Shown here: piece by piece, positions 1 to 12,011 of the stretch
How positions within the stretch are numbered: position 1 is the first letter of the stretch
Layout: each line of letters opens with the position of its first letter
From: Moniliella sp. 'wahieum'
Taxonomy: Eukaryota
Direction: 5' to 3'
DNA: 64,000 nt
Assembly (NCBI GenBank): GCA_003971905.1
Contig: RSEE01000025.1
Location: forward strand, 62,001 to 126,000
The notes under the pieces: generated by a model
What the model was told of the DNA's origin: nothing
Database searches by the model: none
The model's input: only the letters and a program-made list of their open reading frames with translations
Program-made: the position numbers and the translations under genes

Positions 1-554
1 CATGGGCTTTACCAATTCCCCTCCACGAACCAAAACCGGACGCCCAACAGCCCTCGCGTTACCCTCGCCTGTGTCTTTTTATGTCTGCTCCCCAATATGC
101 CTTGTCCTCGATTGCGCTCCTGGCCAAAATAGCTACTTCAAGTGGTCCTACCGGATCAAAACCGATCATTTGCTGTTTGCATGGCAGGGGTTGCCTTTGG
201 GTTGGCATTCCCCTGCCTACCCGAGCACCGCTCCTCCGCATCGCCACCTCCATCTCCGTTCGAGCATTTTCTTTATGACCCCACTTTCACATTGCCGTCA
301 TTGGTTCTCCTGGTCCACTCCATCTTGCCCTTGCTATCTTTGCATTTCCCCTCATGGGGCAATTTTCTTGTGAAGAACAATAAGAATAAGTTGCAGTGCA
401 GGCGATATGACCCTGGTGCCATAGCGGCCTCATATTACAGCCTGAGACGGCCTGGGACGGCGTGGGGTATGTGGATGATAGCATGGGGATCCGTCATCAA
501 GGTAAACCGATCGCCCGACGACACGAAGCAATTCAGGGTGTCGGCGTGTCAAGT

Positions 555-1226
555 TCAACGTGCACCTGACCAAGTGTCAGCACAGGTCAGAAAAGGAACA
601 AGATGCAAGAAGATAAACATACCCTTTGGGCTAGGCACATCGGTCGATCCAGTGCGAGCAGTAGCCTGTGAAGGTCAGGGCAAGCGCCTTAAAGGCTGAT
701 TTGGCGCGGTGAATGGCCATTCTCGCCACGCGACATGTCCAAATCAAGTGTAACATGGGCAGTGTAGCAAACGAAGCAAATACGTGCGGGATCATTTCGT
801 TCGACAGATCGCCAACCTTTTCCCGCCGAAGGTGGAGATCGGTAACGGGGAACGCAGTGCTCGCGCCAGGAAATGTCCAGCACGGCCCTCGACAGGGACA
901 CGTCGAGGGAGGCAAAGCCAGTGCCGTACCGAGGAATGCCACGCACAGAACCAAGCGCCTGCTGAAATACATCGCCCGGGGAATCACACAGTCCTCAGCA
1001 ATATGGTGGTCGTCGACTCACGGGTCACCATTGCACTTGAGCATCAAGGACATGCCGCCATGTTTGGCGAGCCCAGTGAACATGTGATCCAAAAACCCAA
1101 TCCCAGTCGAGATGGAGATGGCCTGAGGCGCAGCAGGAGCCGTATCCAAGGCTATGATGAGCGGCTGGTCTCGCCCACCTCGCTCTGCACGGTGGCTTAG
1201 CGAATCTGCCCCTCGGAAGCCGACAT
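555..1226 (-). pseudogene. HIS3: Imidazoleglycerol-phosphate dehydratase, probably pseudogenised
   Basis: Manual translation gives [47 protein letters not shown] and DVPSPKG, with a short 3' intron. It has two in-frame stops, several frameshifts and changes at conserved residues. Confidence 0.85.
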
Positions 1227-1340
1227 GGCGAGGGAAAGTTGTATGGCAAAGCGGCCACAGGTCATACGACTGTGGGTATTGTCGGCAAAACGATATAAGC
1301 GGGACATCGAGGACGATATATCTCCCAGCAAGGACGAGAC

Positions 1341-3116
1341 TTAGACTGGGAGGGCTTTGTCCCCGGAGTCACTGATCGGGGACTGGGTAAAGTAGAGCTT
1401 CAACTCTCGTTGTGACACATTGACAAGGGAATAGTAGTTCTCTCGTGGTACGAGAAACATGCCACCCGGAGCAATGATGAACTCACTTCGACCTACCTTG
1501 GCCAAAACCGCTCCCTGGATCACGAAAAAGATCTTTGTTCAGAGTACAATATCAGTATCTTGCAAGCCCACAGTCTTTAACAAAGAACGGCAAACGTACA
1601 TAGTTGCTGCCTTCACTTGAATTGGTGGCCTTGCTTGCGCCTACCGGGACCGATATGATCCCGTTACCATCATATCGTCGGAGGATAAGAGCGTTCGGGA
1701 GGAATATATGCCTCCATCCGACACCAGTGGACTTGCTTGAGACGCGGTGCACACAATCACCCGCTCCACTTCCCGACCGAGGCTTGCATCCCACACCCGC
1801 TGCGTACGCTCCGTCTTCTCGTCCATCCCGTCTTCTACTGCCACATTGTCAGCAGTAGGGTCTAACTCGACATATCCGCCCTCCTGCTCCTGCAAATGCT
1901 CATGTTGTAGCACGCCATGGTCTTGCATCACTTCCTTTGAAGAGGGGGTCGTTTCTTGCTTGGTGTGAGGTGCTGTGCTCGACTTGGAGCGCTTTGGCCC
2001 AACAATGCGCAAGCCCGAAAAGGTACCTTCCCCCTCAACACGCTGAACGCGGTAAACCTTGCGCAGTGTAGGGCCCACCACTCCATCGACCGAAGTCCGG
2101 GTTGCCTCGCCCTGGCTTGGGTCACCATATTGGGCACGCTCCCCTCGCCACCACTCCAATGGCCTGATCCGGTTCCGCGTGCTTCGGCGCAATCCTTCGA
2201 GTGAACCCCCATGGTGGTCAGAGCCTACGATATCATCTTCTTCCACCTCTTTCGCGACAACATCTTGGCGCGCTCTTATCCTCGTCGCAGAGAGGGGAGC
2301 TCCTGCGGGGGCAGATGCCCTCCTGCGTCCTACTCTGCTTAGCCGAGCCGGTTTCTCGGGGCTGCTCACTCGACTGGCGTTTTCCTCTACATCGGAAGCA
2401 TCCCGAGTATGCCGATCCCTCTCTTGTACCTCTCGCTCAGAGTGGGAGAGCGTAGAAGACGTGTCTTCATGTGTCCTCTTCCGCTGTTTTGGAGCCCCAT
2501 GCGACATCTTCATGTTCTTGTTGGTTTTTGAAGTCGGTGGCTTTGATGGTGGTTGAACATCAGCGTGCGACCTGTTGCGCTTAGCGAGGTTAGATGGACG
2601 TAGCCGTCGACGGGATATCGATTTCTTTATTTGGCCATGTGGGGACGAAGAACCTGATGCCACATCTTCTTGGTCTCCCTCGTCGTGGTACTCGTCATCA
2701 TCACTCCCTTCCTCCATCCAGTTGCGCTTGCTGGGACGAGAACTGCGTTGCTTAGACCGCGGGTCAACCTGGGTCTTTTCTCGTGTCAAAGCAGATGCTA
2801 GAAACGTTCGAATCGAGGCACCACGGAAATATGAATGGGAAAGAGATCCTTCGTCCCGCGCATCATTCGCTGACTCCCCCTCCTCTTCCTCGTCGTCCTC
2901 TTCTCCCTCCTCCGTATCGTCGGTATCGTCGTACTCCTGCATGGGGCCCCCGCCCATAGCATCACACAATCCAACGTCCTGGTTAATGCGCAGGATGTGT
3001 CGGTACTTGCTTCGGTACATGGCCATGTTGGAGTCCTGCTGGGCAATGAGGTGACTGCTGCAAGCGCTACCAGCATGCAGCTGCCCGCGAAAGAGGGGGT
3101 CCACTTGGGCGCGCAT
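1341..3116 (-). CDS. MIF2: Centromere protein C (Mif2/CENP-C)
   Basis: CENP-C motif [21 protein letters not shown] and C-terminal cupin (IFFVIQGAV...[16 protein letters not shown]). Intron about 1533-1599; one frameshift near 1650. Confidence 0.9.
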
Positions 3117-3315
3117 GGTAGCAGGCTTGCTCAGGACGTTCACTGGAAATGCGTGTGCGAGGCTTCTCTGGCGTGTTACGCGAAAGTGGGAAAGTACCGA
3201 TGGTGGTGGTCAACGTCCACTTTCGAAGCAAAGATTCCAGCAGCAGCCCATCGGCTCCACCGTACTCCCGCGTTTCCAACTGCGGAAAATTGCTACAATT
3301 TAAATTTAGCTAATT

Positions 3316-3412
3316 GGTCGATTAGCTCAGTTGGTCAGAGCGTGGTACTAATATGTCTTTCTGAAGAGTGTTGGTAATGCCAAGGTCATGAGTTCAAGCC
3401 TCATATTGACCA
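3316..3412 (+). tRNA. tRNA-Ile(AAT) with intron
   Basis: GGTCGAT/ATTGACC acceptor stem, A box TAGCTCAGTTGG, anticodon loop CT-AAT-A, intron of about 23 nt, B box GTTCAAGCC, then a T-run terminator. Confidence 0.92.
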
Positions 3413-3609
3413 ATCTTTTTTTAGTTTTGCATCCAATTATTCCTGCACTCCTCGCTGCAGCAATGCCATCTCCAGTAAGACCACCGGGCCTACCAACGAG
3501 CGATGCCAAATGGCCAACACACAGCGTTATCTGTGTTCGATCTAGAGAAGTCAGTCTTTGTGGGTCCCGCTGTTTTGTCAAGCGGTTTTCGAGGGCTTAA
3601 GCTTTTTTA

Positions 3610-3770
3610 AGGGAGAAGATGATGAGATCGATAAAGGTATGGCCTTGGTCAAGCGGAGCAGCGCCATCGAGAAGTTGACTTTTGAAGGGAAGCTACGTAT
3701 ATATGCCCTCTACTACAGCAGCTACACAAGGCTACGCCCCTACCTACCATCAATCGCCCAGGCTGGCGCA
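3610..3770 (+). pseudogene. Acyl-CoA-binding protein (ACBP)-like fragment
   Basis: DKGMALVK...KLRIYALY, then ATQG and NRPGW in shifted frames. This matches the ACBP pattern LYALYKQATxG...RPG. It ends before the KWDAW helix. Confidence 0.4.
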
Positions 3771-4797
3771 ACCAGTGTGCGGTGATGAGCTAGTGATGTG
3801 GGGCATGTGACGCGAAGCTGTCACCGGTCATTGTGATCACCGGCCGGCGAGATGGGGGTAGTAGTGTCACCGGGATCACCGGCCGGCGGGGTTGGGGAGT
3901 TGCGTGACCGATTTCTCCGGTGTTCTGGTTGGGGGGCTTGAGGCTTGAGGTTGATGGGATATAACGAGCTCAACGGCATCCGTTGCTTGTCTCCTTTCCC
4001 CCACCTTTTGGCTTCAATTGCCCCCTGACTCCTGCCCGGCTTCGTGCCATCTCGACTCCTCACCTAACTCGCTGCTTCCCTCTCTGCCCCTCGCCTTGAT
4101 CCCCGGTGCTTCTCTCTGCCACAGACCGTACTTTGTCGCCAGTCCGACTGCCTCGGCATCGCAACAAAGCCACACCAGGCTACACAGGCCACACGGCACC
4201 CAGCCGGCGGTACCTCAGGCGCTGCCGCACTGGACGAGTGTCCGCCACCACTGGACCGCTCGGTGGTCGGCCGGGCGTCTTACACTGGCGGGGTGCCTGG
4301 CGGCTGCGACGATCGTGCCAGCGCCCGACTGGGGCGTGAGGGACGGGGGGGGGGCAGCTCCGATCGCAGCGCCTGCCGATCGCCCGGCCGACGGCCCCTG
4401 GCGGCGCGTGTGGCGCTCTGCTGGGCACAGGCACTGGGCGCGTCGCCTCCATTCCGCTGCCGGCGACGGGCGGCATGCCGGGGGGAGTGCCAGGCAGTGC
4501 GTGGGCGGCACAGCCTGCACCCTGGCCACGCGCCACCACCGCGCCGCCGCGGCCTTTTCCAGCGCCTTGGGCCTTACAGCGGCCGTGCCCGGGTGATTCA
4601 TGCTTAGTGGTTAAAGTGAGCGGAGGGCGCGTGCATATTGAATGCTTACGCGCTCAGGCGGTCTCCTGCGCCCAGACAGACTCTCCCAGTACTCCTGCCC
4701 GCTGGCCGCGCCGCTCTACAAAAGGAACCGCTGCTCCCGTCCGCTGCGCCCCCCACCCGCTCTCTCCCGTCCCACCCCCACGCTCGTTCCGCCCAGC

Positions 4798-7069
4798 ATG
4801 CGCAGCGTCGCCGTGGCTACCGCCCTGGCCGCCGCCGCCTTCGCCGGCCAGGCGGCCGCCAGCTTGGCCCGCGTCCCCCGCACCCACGACGACATTGACA
4901 GCCTGCTCGCCCCCAACCGCGCCCGTAAGCACCACGCCGCCGCCGTTTCGGCCAGCCTCGATTATGACGGCACGGATCTTATGGCAATCCGCTCTTTAAG
5001 CACGGCATCGACACCTCCGCTCCTTCCGGCAACGGCAGCCCCTCCGTTCAGTGCCACGATTCGTCCTCGGGCTTGTCCGCTGACCATCTTCGCTCCCACC
5101 CGCGCCTCATCGCCCCCGGCTACATGTGGGACTGTCTCCCTGACCGTATCGCCTCCGACCCCTATCTCCAGGCCATGAACGCCTCTGTCTTTGCTAACGC
5201 GACCGCGTGGTACTCGCTGGCACCTACCAACTATTCCATTGACGGCGGCTACACTGGCTCGGGCGTCCTCGATGTGGCGCGACAGGTGTGCAGCAGCGCG
5301 TGCGCGCCTGGGCCTATGTCTACCGTCTGACCAAGGACACCAAGTGGAGCAAACGTGTTTGGCGCGAGCTGCATGTTGCGGCCGGCAACACCTCCCAGCC
5401 CTTTGGCCAAGGCCCATCGCCCTTGCCAGACCAACACTGGAACCCTGCCCACTTTCTTGACACGGCCGAGATGACCACAGCGTTCGCGATTGGCTATGAC
5501 TGGCTGTACGATGTTTGGACTCCGAACCAGCGCAAGGCGATTCGCTGGAGCATCATCTCCCTCGGCCTCAAGCCGGGCAAGAAGGCGTACAATGGTGACA
5601 TGGCTATGGCTGGTGGACAACCGACTCCAATGGCTCTGGCAACTGGAACTGTGTGTCGAACGCGGGCATGCTGCTCGGTGCGCTGGCCATCCGGGGCGAT
5701 GACGGGGACGACCCTCATCAGACAGCATCCAGTGTGTACAACTCGGCACTGGGCAACATCAAAGACAACTGCTTCCAAGGCCCCTATGACGATGGCACTT
5801 GGACCGAAACGCCCAACTATTGGTACTTTGGCACGAACGCCGCTGCGCGCGCCGAGTCGGCACTCATCTCTGCTACGGGATCCAACCAAGGCCTGAGCAC
5901 CCGCTTTTGGCGCACGGGCAACTTCCACATGTACGTTGGTGGCAACGCGGGTCTCTTTGCTTACGGCGACCACGGCCCCAACAAATACTCGACCAACGCC
6001 AACGGCATGCTCTGGTGGGGCAAGCAGTACCGCCACCCCGTCTTCACCCTGTACCAACGTGATCGTGCCGATGCAATGGGCGACCCGCTGGCGCTGTTCT
6101 GGTACGACGAAACGGCCAAGGGGGCGTACTGGAACGGAAAGGGCCTGGATCACTACTTTCCAAGTCGAATGGTGCGGGCAATTGGATGAGCATGCGTTCC
6201 TCCTGGACCGACTTTAACGGTCTTTATCGGAATGAAGGCATCCAAGTTGACAGGCCACCAAACGCATGGTGACCTCGACGGTGGTGACTTTGTCATTGAT
6301 GCGCTCGGTACGCGGTGGGCGGGTGAGTTTGGCTCGGCCCAGTACCTTTCGCCTGGCTACTTCAGCTCCGAGGTGCAAAAGAGCCAGCGTTGGACCTACT
6401 TCCGCAAGCGCACCGCCGGACAAAACACCTTGTTGGTCGACGGGAAGGACCAGAACGTGGATGCCACCCCGACTTCCCGCTTTGGTTCGGCCCGCTCCGC
6501 CAAGCAATCGGGTGCGATCGATTATAAGCCCACCACGGCAGACACGGCATTTTTTGTGACGGATCTGAGCACTTTGTACAACGCTACCGAAGGCTCTGTC
6601 AAGCGCGGCATTCGCCCTCTCAATGGCCGTCGCCAAGTGCTGCAGCAAGATGAGATTGCTAGCTCGGTGGGGTCCAGCCGTGTTCAATGGCGCGTGCAAA
6701 CCAATGCCACTGTCGCCCTTTCGGCCGATGCCAAGACCGCCACATTGACCATTGATACCATCAACGACCCCAACGCGGCCATCGACCTACCCATCTCGGT
6801 CCCCAAGAAGACACTCAAGCTGTCGCTTCTGTCTCCTTCCGACGCCAAGTTCCGCGTCCACACTCCGGCCGGCCAAGGCGGGCTTACTCCAACACTTTCA
6901 ACAACCCTTCCAACGAGGGTGTCACGACCATCACCGTTACCCTCAAGCCCGGAAGGACCAGACGGTGACGACCTGGTGGCAACCCCAGTGGGACGACCTC
7001 GGCTCCAGCGACACGACGGTGCCCAAGCGCGTGGCTCTGGACGACTGGTCGCTGACCAGTCACGACTAA
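4798..7069 (+). CDS. Secreted heparinase II/III-like polysaccharide lyase (frameshifted in this sequence)
   Basis: Signal-peptide-like MRSVAVATALAAAAFAG. Motifs HPRL, HWNPAHFLDTAEM, NWNCV, ETPNYWYFG, HGDLDGGDFVIDALGTRWAGEFG and GQNTL across ORFs 4642-7149. Confidence 0.8.
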
Positions 7070-7460
7070 CGCTCGTCTGCTGTGCACTCTCCCTCGCTCT
7101 CCTTTCTGCACGCCTTTCTTTTCCTGCTCTTGGGGCTTTAAGGACCTAGTGCCGGTCCTCGTTCTCTCTCTGTGTTTCTGTGCATGACGGCGCCGTGTTG
7201 CAGACTAAAAGCAAAACGATCATTATACCTGCAATTCAATGGACCCTCTCCTTTAGAACCCTTTCTTCATGTTGGGCATCTGTCTGTACCAGGCAGGAAC
7301 GTGTATAGCTGAGACTGCCCGTGGACAAGCACACCACAGACAGTGCAAAACGAACAAGTCGGGATATGCAAACAGGAGCGTTGAAACGCTGCCACAGCGC
7401 GCAAGCCCAACCGAGGCAAGGGATAGACGTGGAAAATACATGTTCCTAAAGGTAGGTCAT

Positions 7461-7555
7461 ACGGCAGTGGTGTAGTTGGTTATCACGTATCCTTAACAGT
7501 GGCCTAGTGCCTGAGTTAACGGATAAGGTCCTCGGTTCGATCCCGGGCGAAGTCA
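7461..7555 (+). tRNA. tRNA-Val(AAC) with intron; 5' acceptor strand missing (pseudo-tRNA)
   Basis: Intact D arm, anticodon stem TATCC/GGATA with TT-AAC-A loop, T arm CTCGG-TTCGATC-CCGGG, 3' strand CGAAGTC-A and a T-run. The 5' strand ACGGCAG pairs at only 1 of 7 positions. Confidence 0.8.
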
Positions 7556-9326
7556 CTTTTTTACCTAGAACAAAACGGCCTTTGGCGGGGAAATATAGAC
7601 GGCACGAATGCAATGCCCCCAAGGAGTTCCTCTTGCCTGTATCCAATCAATGTATGACCCCATGTATGTCAGTCCCCTCCTTTCACCTTGTGATGCCCAT
7701 TTATCCGTCGTTAGGTCGGCTTGTTGGCACATTTGTGTCATCAAGCTTCAACCCCCAACCGCACCAACAGATGCTCCAACAACACTGAAAAAAGGGCGTT
7801 TTACATGTGTTGTGTTGGACGTCGATCGACAAGAGGATTCGGTGGGATTGTTTGTGGAGATCTCATGCCCCCATTTTGCCGGTCCCGGCCAAAAGCAGGC
7901 ACGAAATGACCAAGCAACTTTATACTGACGTTGCCCTCTTGTGGCGCGTTTGCTTAAGCACCGACGACGACGATCGAGTCATGGGATGGTCTAAAAGGGG
8001 GCTCAATTCGCTACGTCTCTCGATACGCGGTTTTGTTCGTCTCTGGTTGGCTCTCCGTGGTGGTTTCAAATAGGGATGCTTTCTTGGAATGGCTGGGGCG
8101 CGTTTGCAGCCGTGGAATGCATTTTCCTGTGGAAACATACACAGCTCTCAGTTTCCTTCTGCGTATACCGGGCGCCCTTTCCCCTTGCACATAATGATAC
8201 ACAGTCGCATTGATATGGCATCTTGCTAAGGGAGTTTTTGTGTGTACTCTTTCTCTGAAAGCTGAACGAGTCCGATAGATGCACAACGACCTTCAACATG
8301 CAAAAATGTGTGGATTGGACAGCACCTAAGCGCGGAGTCACTAATCTCGCCCTCTCACGCCCTCACTCTCCCCCACACCCTCTCACTTCATCTACCTTTT
8401 CGGACGGGAGGGAACTCCCGAAGCTTAGGCGGGCACTTTTGCTATGGGGCTTTTGCCTGCTGCGACGAGGCGAGATGCTGCCTCTCATCTGTATGGCATT
8501 GGGACATATGGTCCTGCCCTGCCAGCGAGAGGGAGTCAGCTAGTCAGGCACCGAGCCAATGCCGAGCGCGGCCTTGGTTTTGCTTCGATGGGCGGTTGCT
8601 GACAGGCACTAAAGGATGGAGCACGAGCGCACGTAAGGCCATAGTAACAGCATGGGCCCAGGACTGCAGGACCGACTGACGGTGGGAAGGTCGGATTGCG
8701 CCTTACATACCTCAGGAGAGCTGCCTGTTGGGGCTTTTTGCGCTGACGCACACACCAGGCGGCGTGTGGAGGCTTTATTGCCGCTTAGCGGTGGCCTGGT
8801 CTCGAGGTTCCTCGAGCACACGTTGCACACGCTGCATGACGTGTGTCGCGCCTGGGCGGCTGGGCGGCAGGGATGGCGGGGGTGGAGCCGCCGGAACGTG
8901 GGTGGCGCGATGAGCGCACGGCCGCCCGCCCAGTGCCCCACAGGAGATGGCTTGTGCGCTTGCGTGCCCCATCCACCAAGCACGGCGGGCAGCATGCATT
9001 CGGCTCATGCGCTGCTCTGTGTCGGGGCAGCAGCGCAGTAGCCGATGCGCCCCTGCATCATGCATCATGTATCATGCATCATCCCTGCGAGCTCCCAGGC
9101 GGCGTGCTGCCGCGCCGACGTGCGTCAGCCATCCGCCCGCTGCGAAGGCAACCCCAGATTGCGTCAAAGCACGTATGGAGGCCCGTGCGCCGGTGCAGTG
9201 CACACTGCCCCCCTGCCGCTGACTGTGGGAGCTTAGGTGACGTTGACGAGCCGCGCTGCAAGAGCAAGATGCATAGCGCTCCAAGCTTAACCCCGGCACG
9301 AGCCAAGTGCAAAGCCCATCCTTCTT

Positions 9327-9395
9327 GATATAAAACGCCGGGCCCCCGCATTGCCAACAGACGTACCCCCCTCTTTCCCTTCCCCTGCCCCCCTC
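9327..9395 (+). promoter_or_regulatory. TATA box (TATAAAA) and CCCCT (STRE-like) motifs upstream of erythrose reductase
   Basis: GATATAAAA about 85 nt before the ATG, with several CCCCT copies nearby. CCCCT is common in C-rich leaders, so the STRE call is weak. Confidence 0.45.
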
Positions 9396-9416
9396 GCTCG
9401 CACGTGCACCTCGAAA

Positions 9417-10497
9417 ATGTCCTACGGCAAGTCGATCCCTCTCAATGATGGCCGCTCCATCCCCGCCTTGGGCTATGGCACCTGGCTTGCGGAGCCCGGC
9501 CAGGTAGGCGAGGGCGTCAAGCTCGCTGTCAAGGCTGGCTACCGCCACCTCGACCTTGCCAAGGTGTATGAGAACCAAGAGGAAATTGGCGTGGCGCTCA
9601 AGGAACTGTTTGACCAAGGCATTGTCAAGCGCGAGGACCTCTTCATCACCTCCAAGCTCTGGAACAACCGCCACGCCCCGGAGCAGGTGGAGCCCGCGCT
9701 CGACGAGACGCTCAAGGAGCTGGGGTTGAGCTACCTTGACCTGTACCTGATCCACGTACGTGCTGTTTGACTTGGCTGTGTGGGCCCTTGGCTCTTCGGC
9801 GTGTTGGATGCTGCTTGCTAACCACCTCGTGTGTTTTTATCAGTGGCCGGTTTCGTTCAAATACACGACTCCTCAGGAACTGTTCCCTCGCAACCCCACC
9901 AACAAGGAAGAGGTCCTGATTGACGAGTCAATCAAGTTGGTCGACACGTGGAAGGCGGTCGTGGCTCTCAAGAAGACTGGCAAGGCCAAGTCTGTGGGCG
10001 TGTCGAACTTCTCGACCGACCTGGTGGACCTGGTGGAGAAGGCGTCGGGGGAGCGCCCGGCTGTCAACCAGATTGAGGCGCACCCGCTCCTGCAACAGGA
10101 TGAGCTGGTTGCCCACCATAAGGCAAAGAACATTGCCATCACGGCATACAGCCCGCTGGGCAACAACGTTGCTGGCAAGCCCCCGCTCACGCAAAATGCT
10201 GGCATTGAGGCGATTGCCAAGCGCGTCAACCACACGCCCGCTGCGGTCCTCATTGCCTGGGGTATCCAGCGTGGATACAATGTGCTCGTCAAGAGTGTCA
10301 CGCCCTCGCGCATTCAGAGCAACTTTGAGCAGATCACTCTCTCGCCCGAAGAGTTTGCCGCCGTGTCGGGACTGATCAAGGAGTATGGCGAGAGCCGCAA
10401 CAACATCCCCTTCCTCTACAAGCCCTCGTGGCCCATTGATGTGTTTGGCACGCCGGCAGAGCAGAAGGCGGCGCTCAAGGTTAACACGGCGCTTTAG
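9417..10497 (+). CDS. NADPH-dependent aldo-keto reductase, erythrose reductase type
   Basis: Intact two-exon ORF, intron 9756-9843 (GTACGT, GCTAAC, CAG). AKR motifs GYGTW, GYRHLD, FITSKLW, LDLYLIHWP, GVSNF, NQIEAHP and AYSPLG. Closely resembles Moniliella erythrose reductases from memory. Confidence 0.92.
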
Positions 10498-12011
10498 TGT
10501 GGCGTTGCCGGTTAACAACCGGCTCGCTTGTGGGCTGAACGACGCTCAAAGGCACCCCCATCTCGACCTATCAGATGGGCAGGTGCGAACCTTTTGCAAC
10601 GTCGGCGTAAATATCATGTCTTTACCAATCTGTCATGTCTTGTGGGAACTGGTCAATGCTTTAGCCTCTCAGATTTCAGAACCCATGCATCGTGCAGAGA
10701 GACGTGCTTGCGGAGGAAGTTGAACGTGGATGGTGGATCAGGAGTTGGGTATAACAGGTGAGGCGTAGCTGCTCCAGCATGAAGCTGGAAGACGCTGTCC
10801 TGATGAAACACATACATCACATCACATGTCACATTGCATGTCCCAGTGGTGCTGGCGCGGAAGTGTGCTTGCACTGCAATGTTCAACAAACCCGAATTTG
10901 AGCGCTGCGTGTGGCGGAGAAGCACATTGCCTCCACCGAATTGCGCCAGCGGAACTGGGGCAGCAGTGGAGGTGGAGGCAGCACGAAAAGAGGCGGGGGC
11001 AAACCCTAGTGCTCAATTTTTGAGCGCAGGCCGCAGCATTTTTTTTGGCGTCGCCGCAGGGTATAAAAGGCGTGAGTGGGCGCTCCCTGTCTGCACAACC
11101 AAGACCATTCTCAGCAGAATCTGTGCATACAGTTATCTTCCGAGTCTGGCCAGCTCTATTTTTGAGCCACAACTTACAGGGCAGAGGATGAATCCTTTGG
11201 TTCTTGTACGTCTCGCCCTTAAGCAGTGAGGAGCAAAGGCCCTTCCCGTTCGCGGGTCGATGTCGCCTTCCGATGACCTGGCCACCCTTCGTCCCATTTC
11301 CTGCGTGCTCGTCTGAGCTGCGGGGGGCCGTGAGGCGTGGAGGCGAGATGGCCAAATTCTGATGCCTCCGTGTACGTTGCTGGCAATTGCATGCTGTGGC
11401 TTGTCCACTCTGCTTGTATTTACTTGCGGTTGCCATAGTTGATGCATCGATCCTTGATGCTGCTGTAATGCTGGCGTCCAAGGAAACATGATTGCCACAG
11501 CCATTATCTATTGACTGCGCTCCTACTTCAATGTCCCCTGGTTGCAGAGTCAAGCTTTACAATGCCGGGCGCAGCAAGGCCGATGCCTCGTGCCAGCGAA
11601 TGTGGGTGTGACGCGGACATGCCTACTACGCCTGGAAGCAGGTGCGAATGCTGTCGCCCTGCTCGAGGTCATCTCCGTATAGGCAGTCAGGACGGAGGTA
11701 TGACGCGCTTGTTGGAATATACCAAGAACGAGCGATCGAGTGCAATACAGCTCTGTGCGCTGGTGCTATTATGTGGTGGGCAGCCGTTCCTATATACATG
11801 CCCGCCTAGCACTGACCCAATCGAGCACATGCATACCATCTGACAGCAACCCTTTTCCACAGTGGGGGCATCCAGATGACGAATAGATTGACGAAACGGG
11901 GCAAGGAAACGAAGTGATAGGACATGTCTGCCGTCGGAAGGTGGGACGACCGTGCTCACACAGAGCAGCTTGAGGTGGGCGGGAGGTTGTGCGGGGTGAG
12001 CGGGGTGGGCG

